From positions 21,028-85,027 of the forward strand of contig CAMYLA010000005.1 of the NCBI GenBank assembly GCA_947259095.1: a stretch of DNA of 64,000 nucleotides. The letters are read 5' to 3'. A program made the position numbers and the translations under genes. Origin of the DNA: an uncultured Acidimicrobiaceae bacterium (GTDB taxonomy: Bacteria; Actinomycetota; Acidimicrobiia; Acidimicrobiales; SZUA-35). Of this stretch, positions 19,124-27,857 are shown one piece after another (positions within the stretch are counted from its first letter, which is position 1; the number at the start of each line of letters is the position of its first letter). The notes under the pieces were generated by a model. The model had not been told where the DNA came from and did not search any database. It saw only the letters and a list, made by a program, of their open reading frames with translations.

Positions 19124-20011
19124 TCAGGCCACCGCCAGCAGGGCCGCCGCCGGGGCGTGGGCCGGGAGCGATCCTGCATCCATCCGTCTGGCCAGCTCGG
19201 CTCTGCCCTCTGGGCACTGTTCGACGAAGGGGCACCAGCCGCAAAGCACCGTGGGGCGGGGCTCGAACGACTCCTCGGTGCAGGCGGTTGCGATGCCGGC
19301 CCAGACCTCGGTCAACGACCCGACCGCGTCCTCCAATCGCCGCTCGGTGACCGGAACATCGAGGATGCGCTGGCCGAGATACAGCAACCGGGCACGATCG
19401 GGGATCTCGCCCATCGATTGGCGAAGCGCTGCGGCGTACAGCATGACCTGGCGGATCTTGTCGTTCCGCCATCGGGGGCCGGGGAGGGTGCCGGATTTGT
19501 AGTCGCTGACCACCAGCTTGCCCCCGAAGCGATCGACCCGATCGACGATGCCGACGAAGGGAACCGACCCGAGATCGACGAGTATCTTCTGCTCGGTTGA
19601 CACCACATCGACCTTGGCCGGATCCTCGATGTCCCATAGGCCGGCGATCGACAGCCAGGCCTGCCAGCGGAAGGCTCGGGCCTCGGCATCTTCGAGCTCG
19701 AGGCCCAGGTAGTCCTCGTCGGTTTCGAACTCCGGCCAGGCCTGCTTGGCCAGTGTCTTTGCCCGATCCACCGTCCGCTCGGCGGGCGGGAACTCGCACA
19801 GCAGCTCGAGCACGCGGTGGGCGAAGGAGCCGACGAGCGCGGCCTGGCCCGACGGCTCAGGCTGGCGATCGACGTACTTGAAGCGCCACCGCCGGGGACA
19901 ACCTTCGAACGCGCTGGCCGATGAAGGTGAGAGGTGCTGCGGCAAATCGACCATACCGGGACCCATCCTGACCGACTGCGGTGACATTTTGGCGGATGGT
20001 GGTCGCACCAT
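19124..20011 (-). CDS. PD-(D/E)XK (RecB/Cas4-like) nuclease with four-Cys Fe-S motif
   Basis: 295 aa: SASAFEGCPRRWRFKYV..FVGIVDRVDR..LVVSDYKSG..VLCGWCPFVEQCPEG (C...CxxCx5C). Confidence 0.8.
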   Translation of the reverse strand: MVRPPSAKMSPQSVRMGPGMVDLPQHLSPSSASAFEGCPRRWRFKYVDRQPEPSGQAALVGSFAHRVLELLCEFPPAERTVDRAKTLAKQAWPEFETDEDYLGLELEDAEARAFRWQAWLSIAGLWDIEDPAKVDVVSTEQKILVDLGSVPFVGIVDRVDRFGGKLVVSDYKSGTLPGPRWRNDKIRQVMLYAAALRQSMGEIPDRARLLYLGQRILDVPVTERRLEDAVGSLTEVWAGIATACTEESFEPRPTVLCGWCPFVEQCPEGRAELARRMDAGSLPAHAPAAALLAVA

Positions 20012-20035
20012 CGCAGGCGATGGGGGCGGCGCCGG

Positions 20036-21355
20036 TCAGAAACTCCGGCCGCCACGGCTCCGAGATCGGCTGGAGCGGCGGTTCCGACCGGCGCTGCTGG
20101 TCGGGGTCGATGATCGCCCACCTCGACGGAGCACGCCTCCGCCGAGCCCACCGGACTGGCCGAAGATGTCGTCGAGACCTCCGTTTCGGCGCTGCGATCG
20201 CCTGGAACGGTTCCCGCCACCGAGCCCGCCGCCGAGCACCACACTGCCGAGGATGCTGCCCAGCATCCCGCCCATGCCCCCCATCCCACCGCGACGACGG
20301 GAGCCGGTGGTTCGGGGATAGCGGCGGCCGGTCTTCGGTGAGGTTGCGACCGAGCTGTCGACCGGGGCCGGGGGAGGCGGAGGCAACGGGCCCGACGGCG
20401 GTTCGCCACCGCGCCGACCGCCATTGGCGGCCTCGGCGGCCGCCGCCTGCTGCTCGGGGGAGGGTGGTGTCGGGCGACCATCCAAGCCGGCCTCGATCGT
20501 TTCGAACTGCCACTCGGCGTGGTCTATGCGGTCGTCGAGGGCATCGACCGCGGCCGCCGTCGAGGCGCCGTCCACCTGCTGGCTGACCTCCTGATAGGTC
20601 CGGCTGGCCTCCTCGTAGCGAGTGATCAGCTCGTCGTCACCCTTGGCGATCACCCGGTCGCCGAGCGAGATGACCCGATCGGCGTTGGCCTTGAGCTGCT
20701 CCTTGATCTCGGCCCTGTCGTTCTCCATGTCGACCTCGGCCTGTTGCTTGGCTTTGCGCCTCCTGGTGAAACCCCGAAGCAGAAAAAAGACGGCACCCAC
20801 CGCGGCGATGCCGAGGAGGATGGTGCCGAACCCGATCCCGCCACCGCCGGCGTCCGATGAGCCGTCGGTGCCGGTGGAGGCGGTCGTACCGGCGCCGGAG
20901 TCGGTCAACACCCGGCTGAAGGTCGACACGCCGTCAGCGGTGGCGCCGGCCCGGAAATCGTCGAACGACGCATCGAGGGCCGAGTCCAGCTCATCCTGGG
21001 TGTAGATCGTGGAGGAGGCGGCGAACCCCTCGGAGGTCAGCACCAGCACCGTGTGGTACCGGGAGTCGATCTCCTCGAGATCCTCGACGTAATCGTCGGC
21101 CAGCGACACCGCCACCGCGGCGTCACCCCGCTGGTCGAGCCAGGCGAAGGCCACCCCTCGCTGGTTGACATCGTCCAGGGTGGCGTCCAGCCCGGCCTCG
21201 GTCAGTTCCAGATACCGGCCTTCATCGTCGAGCGCAGCGATCAGCGCCGGGTCGGAGTGGGCCCCTGCCGCCGGTGCCGCCACGCCCAGGAACAACGAAA
21301 CGGCGACCAGTATCACCACCATGGGCCGCCGCACGCGCAATCTTCTCACAGCCAA
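20036..21355 (-). CDS. bitopic membrane protein of unknown function. It has a signal peptide, an extracytoplasmic domain, one TM, a coiled-coil region and a Gly/Arg-rich tail.
   Basis: 439 aa: VVILVAVSLFLGVAAPAAGAHS.., TM GFGTILLGIAAVGAVFFLL, then RRRKAKQQAEVDMENDRAEIKEQLKANADRV.., ending in RRGGMGGMGGMLGSILG..RSRSRGGRSF. Confidence 0.7.
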   Translation of the reverse strand: MAVRRLRVRRPMVVILVAVSLFLGVAAPAAGAHSDPALIAALDDEGRYLELTEAGLDATLDDVNQRGVAFAWLDQRGDAAVAVSLADDYVEDLEEIDSRYHTVLVLTSEGFAASSTIYTQDELDSALDASFDDFRAGATADGVSTFSRVLTDSGAGTTASTGTDGSSDAGGGGIGFGTILLGIAAVGAVFFLLRGFTRRRKAKQQAEVDMENDRAEIKEQLKANADRVISLGDRVIAKGDDELITRYEEASRTYQEVSQQVDGASTAAAVDALDDRIDHAEWQFETIEAGLDGRPTPPSPEQQAAAAEAANGGRRGGEPPSGPLPPPPPAPVDSSVATSPKTGRRYPRTTGSRRRGGMGGMGGMLGSILGSVVLGGGLGGGNRSRRSQRRNGGLDDIFGQSGGLGGGVLRRGGRSSTPTSSAGRNRRSSRSRSRGGRSF

Positions 21356-21629
21356 ATCCTAGATTCCCTGAAACCAGAACCCTCCGCCGGGCTCTGCGGG
21401 GCCAATTGCCGAGCCGACCGACCAGCAAAACACACAGCCGCTATCCTCATGCTTCGCAACAGAGACCGATCCCAGGGGTCGGGCGACGCCGTGGGCTTCG
21501 GGGAACGGGCCGCACCCGACGACGGACCGAAAGGCGAACCGCCCGACATGTGGCGGAGGCAAGGAGTGGCGGGTGCGACGGTTGAACACGGGGGAGCATC
21601 AACCCCAGACGATCGACGGGATCGCGGCG

Positions 21630-22198
21630 ATGGCAGGACTCGAGGCGGTTCCGGCCGGCTCGGTCGGCCGATCCTCGCCGGTCGGACGGTTGCGAAGGGC
21701 GGCCCGGCTTCGACTCGGCGTGGCGCTGCTGGCGGTTCTGCTGGTGGTCGCGGGCTGCACCGACGACCTGGCCGAAGAGGAGCTGGGCGGCGACGAAGAG
21801 AACCCGCCGACACCGACTACCCCGAACTGTTCAACCTGGCCGCCGGCGACCAGCTCAACCTGGCCTACGTCGAGCTCGGTGAGTTGTTCGAGGCCGGTCA
21901 TGCCATCCGGGAGCCGGATGCGCCCGCCATCCCCGGTCTCGACGCCAACACCTCCCACCGTGTCCGGATCGAGTCGCTCGAGGATGGTGTTGCCGAACTG
22001 GTGAGCTGCCTGGTCAACGATCAGATCCGCTACGACGTCGAAACCGGCGACGTCGTCAGCGACTCGGTTCGCACCGTCCAGGCCCGGTCGGCCATGGCGC
22101 GGGCGGAGGGCACCTGGAAGGTGATCCGAAGCGAGGCGGTCGCCCTCGAGAGCGGGGTCGGCGGCTGCTGGCTCGACGAGGGCCAATACCCCTACTGA
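21630..22198 (+). pseudogene. lipoprotein gene interrupted by a frameshift near 21795-21803 (or a sequence error)
   Basis: The frame of ORF 21573 encodes MAGLEAV..RLRRAARLRLGVALLAVLLVVAGC (lipobox) and keeps coding-like codons up to about 21800. From about 21800 the coding-like codon bias and a globular sequence (EPADTDYPELFNLAAGDQLNLAYVELGELF..) continue in the frame of ORF 21053, which has no plausible start of its own. Confidence 0.6.
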
Positions 22199-22596
22199 TC
22201 GGGCGGGCGCCGGGCATCTCTGGTCCGGCGCCGCAGCCAGTCGGTCGTCTCCTGCTTGGCCTCCAACTCGGCGTCGATGTCGTGATAGGCGCGATTCCAG
22301 CTTCGGTGCCGAGCCAGGCCGCTGGCGAACGAGTTCAGGTAGCGAGCGGAGAAGCCGACCAGGCCGCGCTCGCTCCACTGGCGGACATGGACCAACTCGT
22401 GGGCCAGGAGCGAGCTGTTCCCGTCGGCATCGACATCTCGGGCCAGCAGGACGGTGTGACCGAGGGTCATCCCGGCGTAGCCGCCGGGCAGGAACGGGAC
22501 CTGGTGAATCCGGACCCGCCGGGCCAGCTCCGGTGAAATCATGTCGTAGGAGGCGATCTCCATCGCACTCAGCGGTCGACCGGCCATTGGCCGCAT
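22192..22596 (-). CDS. DUF4157-like protein with HExxH zinc-metallopeptidase motif
   Basis: 134 aa: ..[37 protein letters not shown].. Confidence 0.6.
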   Translation of the reverse strand: MRPMAGRPLSAMEIASYDMISPELARRVRIHQVPFLPGGYAGMTLGHTVLLARDVDADGNSSLLAHELVHVRQWSERGLVGFSARYLNSFASGLARHRSWNRAYHDIDAELEAKQETTDWLRRRTRDARRPPDQ

Positions 22597-22684
22597 CGTA
22601 GCCGGTCGGGCCGTCTCGGGACCGGCCGCATCGTGGCCGATCGGCCAGCCGAGAGCCTCGGTTTGCGCCTACGATGACCGTGTC

Positions 22685-24295
22685 ATGTCGAAGCCTTCCC
22701 TCCGCCGATTGCTGGCGGCCGCCATCGGCCTCCTCGTCGCCGTGGAGCTCGGTCGACGAGCGTTCCGCCGTTCCACCGGCGATCCGGGGTCCGCCGGGCG
22801 CAAGAACTTGGGCCTCGACAACCCGAGCGTCGACAACGCCGGCGTCGACAACCGCATCGAGGAGCCGGCCACCGCCGGGAGCGGGGCCGAGGTTCCCGCC
22901 GGCAATGCGGCCTCGGTCGGTGCGACGGCGGTCAACGCCACCGGACTGGCCCAGCGGAACCTGCGGCTGGCCAGGTTGGGTGCCAGAGGGGGCGGCCGCT
23001 ACGCCATCCATCGGGCCAGGAAGACCTTCGCCTCGGCCGAACGAAAGTCCGAGCTCGACACCCGCTTCCAGCTCCGCACGGCCGAGGACGTCGCCAGGGA
23101 GCTCGGCAACATGAAGGGTGCGATGATGAAGGTCGGGCAGATGGCCAGCTATCTCGACACCGGCCTCCCCGACCCGGTGAGGCAGACCCTGGCCTCGCTG
23201 CAGAGTGATGCGCCTCCGATGGCGCCGGAGTTGGCCGCCGAGCAGATCGAGGCCGAGCTCGGTGGCCCGCCTGGCCGGGTCTTTGCCGAGTGGGATCCGG
23301 TCCCGATCGCCGCCGCCTCGATCGGTCAGGTCCATCGGGCCATCACCCACGAAGGCGTGGCGGTGGCGGTCAAGGTCCAGTATCCGGGGGTGGCCGAGGC
23401 GGTCGCCGCCGACCTGGGCAACGCCGGCTGGTTGTTCGGCGGTCTGGCCGCGATGTTCCCCGGCGTCGAACCGGGCCCCATCGTGGAGGAGATCAAGGCG
23501 CGGCTGCACGAGGAGCTCGACTACGAGCTGGAAGCGGCAAACCAACGCAACTTCTGCGCCCACGTCGAGGGTCACCCCTACATCCACGTTCCGGCCGTCA
23601 TCGATCGCTACTCGACCAGCCGGGTGCTCACCACCGAGCTGGCCACCGGGGCCCGTTTCGACGAGGTGATCGGCTGGTCGGCCGAGGAGCGCAACCTGGC
23701 GGCCGAGACGCTGTTCCGGTTCTCGTTCGGGGCCATTTACCAGCTCCACGCCTTCAATGGCGACCCCCACCCCGGCAACTACCTGTTCAACCCCGGCGGC
23801 CGGGTCACCTTCCTCGATTTCGGGCTGGTGAAACGTTTCGAGCCGGCAGAAACCAAGCTGTTCGAGGACCTCATCGTGGCCATGGTCATCGAACGGGATC
23901 CGGTGCTGTTCCGGGCCTTGATCGAGGCCAACGGCATCTTGAGCCCCGGTGCACCGTTCGAAAACGAGCTGGTCGAGGAGTATTTCAGCTTCTACTACCG
24001 CTACGTCCTGAACGACGAGCTGACCCCCATCGATGCCGACTATGCCGCCGCCGGCGTGAACCACCTGTTCGACACCAACGGCCCGTACGGAGATCTGATG
24101 CGGCAGCTGAACGTGCCGCCGGCGTTCGTCGTGGTCCAGCGCATCACGCTCGGGCTGATGGGGCTCTTCGCCAGGCTGGAGGCCGAGGCCAATTGGCAGG
24201 CCATCGCCCGGGAACTGTGGCCGTTCACCGTTGGCCCGCCGTCGACCCCGATGGGCCACGACGTCGAGGCCTGGCGGCGGCGTACCAACCGGTAG
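22685..24295 (+). CDS. ABC1/UbiB-family atypical protein kinase with N-terminal membrane anchor
   Basis: 536 aa: [64 protein letters not shown]. Confidence 0.88.
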   Translation: MSKPSLRRLLAAAIGLLVAVELGRRAFRRSTGDPGSAGRKNLGLDNPSVDNAGVDNRIEEPATAGSGAEVPAGNAASVGATAVNATGLAQRNLRLARLGARGGGRYAIHRARKTFASAERKSELDTRFQLRTAEDVARELGNMKGAMMKVGQMASYLDTGLPDPVRQTLASLQSDAPPMAPELAAEQIEAELGGPPGRVFAEWDPVPIAAASIGQVHRAITHEGVAVAVKVQYPGVAEAVAADLGNAGWLFGGLAAMFPGVEPGPIVEEIKARLHEELDYELEAANQRNFCAHVEGHPYIHVPAVIDRYSTSRVLTTELATGARFDEVIGWSAEERNLAAETLFRFSFGAIYQLHAFNGDPHPGNYLFNPGGRVTFLDFGLVKRFEPAETKLFEDLIVAMVIERDPVLFRALIEANGILSPGAPFENELVEEYFSFYYRYVLNDELTPIDADYAAAGVNHLFDTNGPYGDLMRQLNVPPAFVVVQRITLGLMGLFARLEAEANWQAIARELWPFTVGPPSTPMGHDVEAWRRRTNR

Positions 24296-24331
24296 CCGGG
24301 GTGCTCGTGTGGTCCGGAGAGGCCGGTCCGG

Positions 24332-25453
24332 TCAGGAACCGGCAGCAGGCGCTTGGTTCGTCGACCGCGGCGCGCCGGGGCGGGCGGCTGCCGGTCGACC
24401 GGCCGGGATGCAGTGGTTGGCCGGGCAGTCGTCGGGCCACGGCCCGTCCGTTCCGAGATGCAGCTTCGGGGCGGCGTGGAGTTGCTCTTCGATCAGCTCC
24501 CGAATCATGGCAACGAATCGGGGTGCGGTGCCGACGGTCGGGACCCGGGTGAAATTCAGACCGAGATCGGCGGCGGCTGCTGCGGCCTGGGTGTCGAGGT
24601 CGAACATGACCTCCATGTGATCACTGGTGAAACCGAGGGGGACCACGGTCACCGCGGCCACGCCTCTGCGCTGCAGGTCGGCCAAGTGGTCGTTGACGTC
24701 GGGCTCGAGCCAGGGCATCGACGGCGGCCCACTCCTGCTCTGGAAGACCACATCGTATGGGTGGTCGTCGAGGCCGGCGGCGGCCATCGTCAGGCCCGCC
24801 GCCTCATGGAGCTGGGCCTGGTAGGGGCAGGCTGCGGCCATCGACTCCGGGATCGAGTGGGCGGTGAACACCACCCGGTGGGACGGGTCGTCGGCATCGG
24901 GTGGACCGGATGCGGCGCCGGCGATCGCTCGTCGGAGGTTGTCGGCAAGCGGCACAACGAAGCCGGGGTGGTTGTAGTAGAGGCGGAGCTTCTGCAGGAG
25001 CGGTGCACTCGGCCCCACCTGCTCCCGAGCCTGTTCCAGATCCTGGCGGTACTGGCGGCAACCGGAGTACGAACCGAAGGCCGAGGTCACGAACACCAGG
25101 GCCCGCTGCACCCCGTCCTCGGCCATCTCGGCAACGGTGTCGGCGAGGTACGGCTCCCAGTTGCGGTTGCCCCAGTACAGCGGCAGCTCGCTTGTGGTGC
25201 CGGCCAGCTCCTGGGAGAGGGCGGCCAGCAAGGCCCGGCATTGGTCGTTTATCGGCGAGCGCCCGCCGAACAGCGCATACTGCTCGGCGACGACCGCAAG
25301 CCGGTCATCTGGCACATTGCGGCCCCTGGTGACGTTGCGCAGGAACGCCATGACGTCGTCGGGCTGTTCTGGGCCGCCGAACGAAACCAGCAGGACCGCG
25401 TCATAGGGGAGCGAGGTGCCGTCGGATCGGTCGGCAGGGGGAGTACCGGCCAT
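24332..25453 (-). CDS. hemH: ferrochelatase (actinobacterial coproporphyrin-type, with Cys-containing C-terminal extension)
   Basis: ATG at 25453 within ORF 24332..25618: MAGTPP..YDAVLLVSFGGPEQPDDVMAFL..RSPINDQC..FTAHSIPESMA..VVPLGFTSDHMEV..WPDDCPANHC. The start overlaps the stop of the upstream WhiB-like gene (ATGA). Confidence 0.9.
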   Translation of the reverse strand: MAGTPPADRSDGTSLPYDAVLLVSFGGPEQPDDVMAFLRNVTRGRNVPDDRLAVVAEQYALFGGRSPINDQCRALLAALSQELAGTTSELPLYWGNRNWEPYLADTVAEMAEDGVQRALVFVTSAFGSYSGCRQYRQDLEQAREQVGPSAPLLQKLRLYYNHPGFVVPLADNLRRAIAGAASGPPDADDPSHRVVFTAHSIPESMAAACPYQAQLHEAAGLTMAAAGLDDHPYDVVFQSRSGPPSMPWLEPDVNDHLADLQRRGVAAVTVVPLGFTSDHMEVMFDLDTQAAAAAADLGLNFTRVPTVGTAPRFVAMIRELIEEQLHAAPKLHLGTDGPWPDDCPANHCIPAGRPAAARPGAPRSTNQAPAAGS

Positions 25454-25791
25454 CAATGGGGCAGGAGTTCGCGTTGCTGCTTTCGAGCGTTGTCCCGGGC
25501 TTGGATCACGGCCCGGCGGCTTGGTGAGCGAGGGGCGAATCCGGCCGCAGCCCGCTCCTCGTCGTTCTCGCACCCCCAGAAGCCGTGCTCCCGGTTGAGC
25601 CGTGCCGTTTCGCGGCACTGCAACATCACCGGGCAGGACATGCAGTAGGAGGCGGCGATCGCTTCACGCTCCACCCGCCGCTCGGGCCGTTCCGCCGCCG
25701 GTCCGAAGAAGATGTGGGTGAGACCGCCGCAAATCGCCTGTTCGGTCCACGTGGTGTCGGTGTTGGGGTGGAGTGCAAATTCGATGTCCAT
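25453..25791 (-). CDS. WhiB-like (Wbl) Fe-S protein, atypical turn motif
   Basis: 112 aa with Cys pattern AICGG..SYCMSCPVMLQC and GFWGCENDEER in place of the usual G[VI]WGG. A strong SD (GAAGGAGAAGC) precedes the ATG. Confidence 0.8.
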   Translation of the reverse strand: MDIEFALHPNTDTTWTEQAICGGLTHIFFGPAAERPERRVEREAIAASYCMSCPVMLQCRETARLNREHGFWGCENDEERAAAGFAPRSPSRRAVIQARDNARKQQRELLPH

Positions 25792-25927
25792 GCTTCTCCT
25801 TCTGGGAAAACGATAACAACGAAACTGAGCAGTCGGTCAAATGTTTCCCGTTCGCCTCATTTTCTGTTTCGTCTTGGGTACCCCACCGGATGCGGGTTGA
25901 AACCGGACCATTGTGTGACACCCTCAG

Positions 25928-26740
25928 GTGGTGCGAGTTCTGACGTGGAATCTGTGGTGGCAATTCGGTCCGTGGGAAGCCAGGCAGCCGGCGATCCTGG
26001 CCGAACTGGAGCGGCTCGATCCCGATATCGCCCTGCTTCAGGAGGTCTGGGCCGACGAAGAGGGGGACCAGGCGGAACATCTGGCCCGGCGATTGGGGTA
26101 CCACGTCGCCAGGACCACCGGAGCCGATGGCGGCCCCCAGAGGTTCGGCAACGCCATCTTGAGCCGTTGGCCGATCGAGGCTTCGGAGATGGCCAGGCTG
26201 CCGGGCGAAAAGGGGAAACCAACCCATCGCACCGTGTTGGCGTCCCGGGTTCGCACCCCGGCCGGCTCCCAGCTGTTCTCGGTCACCCATCTGGCCTGGC
26301 AGTACGACGCCGGGCCGCTGCGGATGCGCCAACTCGAGGTGGTGGTGGGCTTCGTCGATCGGCTGCGGTCCGACGACCCGGCAACGCCGCCGGTCGTGCT
26401 CGGCGGGGACTTCAATGCCGTCGCCGAGGCAGACGAGATCCGCCGCATGACCGGTCTGGCCGAACCGTACCGACCGGGGCTGATCTTCACCGATTGCTGG
26501 GCCGCGGCCGGCGATGGCCCGGGCCACACCTGGAGCAGGGACAACCCCCACGCCGCAGACGCGCTGTGGCCTCGGCGACGGCTCGACTACGTGTTCGTGG
26601 CCTGGCCCCGCCCGAAACCGCTGTCGAACCCGGTCTCGGCCGCCCTGGCCGGTGTGGAACCACATGGCGGTGTCGTGCCGTCGGACCACTATGCGGTAGT
26701 GGTCGAGCTCGATGACCGGCAGACTCTTGATCATGAGTGA
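25928..26740 (+). CDS. endonuclease/exonuclease/phosphatase (EEP) family protein
   Basis: 270 aa: MVRVLTWNLWWQFGPWEARQ..IALLQEVW..VVLGGDFNA..SDHYAVVVEL. Confidence 0.85.
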   Translation: MVRVLTWNLWWQFGPWEARQPAILAELERLDPDIALLQEVWADEEGDQAEHLARRLGYHVARTTGADGGPQRFGNAILSRWPIEASEMARLPGEKGKPTHRTVLASRVRTPAGSQLFSVTHLAWQYDAGPLRMRQLEVVVGFVDRLRSDDPATPPVVLGGDFNAVAEADEIRRMTGLAEPYRPGLIFTDCWAAAGDGPGHTWSRDNPHAADALWPRRRLDYVFVAWPRPKPLSNPVSAALAGVEPHGGVVPSDHYAVVVELDDRQTLDHE

Positions 26741-27857
26741 CCCGCCGCCACCGAGCAACCCACCCCCGGGTTGGTATCCGGATCCGTCCGGTGGCGGCGG
26801 TTACCGGTGGTGGGACGGTGCGTCCTGGACCGAGACGGTCGACGCCTCACCCGGCTCGGACCAGATCGACACCGGCGGGGTGGGTTTCGGCGGACCGCAC
26901 CCGGGTGCGGCCGGCCCGTCGCCCATCGGCCTGTTCGGGCCGTGGTTCTCCGAGACGTTCCGGCTGGCGGTCAATCGGGCCGGGCACTTCCTGCCGATGA
27001 TCCTGGTCTTCGTGCTGTCGATCAGCGTCCCGACCTCGTTCGCTGTCTGGTACGCCCTTCGCGATACCGTCCTGACCTTCGATTCGGCCACCGGTGCGGC
27101 CTCGATCGACTATGGCGGCTCGATGCCATGGTTGCTGGTCGCCATCGTCTCGGTCCCGGCCTCGTTGCTGTTGTCGTTCCTGGCCAACGCCTCGGTCACC
27201 CGGCAGGCTTGGGCGGTGCAGGCCGGACTGCCGGAGCCGTGGTCGGTGTCGGTGGGCCATGCCATGAGTCGATGGGGCCGGATCATCTCCTACTCGGTGG
27301 CCCGGACGGCCGTGTACTGGGTGCTGGGGGGCGTGTTGCTCCTGGCGGTCGGCATCAGCCCGGCGTTCATCCTGGCGGTCCCGCTCGGTGTGGTGCTCGG
27401 CGTGTTCCTGTGGGTCAGGTTCGCCTTCGTCGGCACCGTTGCGGCTTTGGGAGCCCCGACCGAGGGGCCCTTCGCCGAGAGTCGTCGGCTCAGCGGCATA
27501 CAATTTGGTCCGCTGTTGGGGCGGATGCTGGTCCTGGCCTTCGTCGCATTCAACATGATCCTGGCCTTCGGCATCATCGGCGCACCGTTCACCGCCATCG
27601 CCGGCGGAGCCCAGTCGACGGTCGAGGGATCAACCGAGACGGTTCGGTTCAATGACCTGCTCGGGGGCAATGCCGCAGTCTTCGCCCTCGGATCGCTGTT
27701 CAACGCCATCGGCCTCGGCGCCGGGTACGTCATGTCGGCCGCCGGCACCACCCTGCTGTATCGCAACCTCGGTGGCTCGGTCGAGCCCGGATCGTTCGAT
27801 GTGGCCCAGGACGAAACCGGCCCGCTCCAAGCGACCGAGCACGACTCGGACCGATGA
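26733..27857 (+). CDS. DUF2510-domain polytopic membrane protein
   Basis: N-terminus PPGWYPDPSGGGGYRWWDGASWTE, followed by about six hydrophobic segments. Alternative start at 26712. It overlaps the EEP gene end and is ATGA-coupled to helD. Confidence 0.75.
   Translation: MSDPPPPSNPPPGWYPDPSGGGGYRWWDGASWTETVDASPGSDQIDTGGVGFGGPHPGAAGPSPIGLFGPWFSETFRLAVNRAGHFLPMILVFVLSISVPTSFAVWYALRDTVLTFDSATGAASIDYGGSMPWLLVAIVSVPASLLLSFLANASVTRQAWAVQAGLPEPWSVSVGHAMSRWGRIISYSVARTAVYWVLGGVLLLAVGISPAFILAVPLGVVLGVFLWVRFAFVGTVAALGAPTEGPFAESRRLSGIQFGPLLGRMLVLAFVAFNMILAFGIIGAPFTAIAGGAQSTVEGSTETVRFNDLLGGNAAVFALGSLFNAIGLGAGYVMSAAGTTLLYRNLGGSVEPGSFDVAQDETGPLQATEHDSDR

Noticed and set aside
21440-21570. G-rich region upstream of the frameshifted lipoprotein gene, with CCGAA/CCCGACA strings reminiscent of the c-di-AMP (ydaO-type) riboswitch
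   Set aside because: I could not match the characteristic pseudo-symmetric core or the 3' GCTAACC-type segment, so the resemblance is limited to short strings. An Infernal scan would settle it.
21795-21803. Programmed -1 ribosomal frameshifting at the lipoprotein frame junction
   Set aside because: No X-XXY-YYZ slippery heptamer is present and I see no obvious downstream pseudoknot. A mutation or sequencing error is the simpler explanation.
25453-25791. Possibility that the WhiB-like gene near the ABC1 kinase gene is a WhiB7 orthologue (in M. tuberculosis whiB7 neighbours an ABC1-type gene)
   Set aside because: There is no C-terminal AT-hook (RGRP-type) motif, the turn motif is atypical, and the gene is coupled to hemH rather than standing alone with a long leader.
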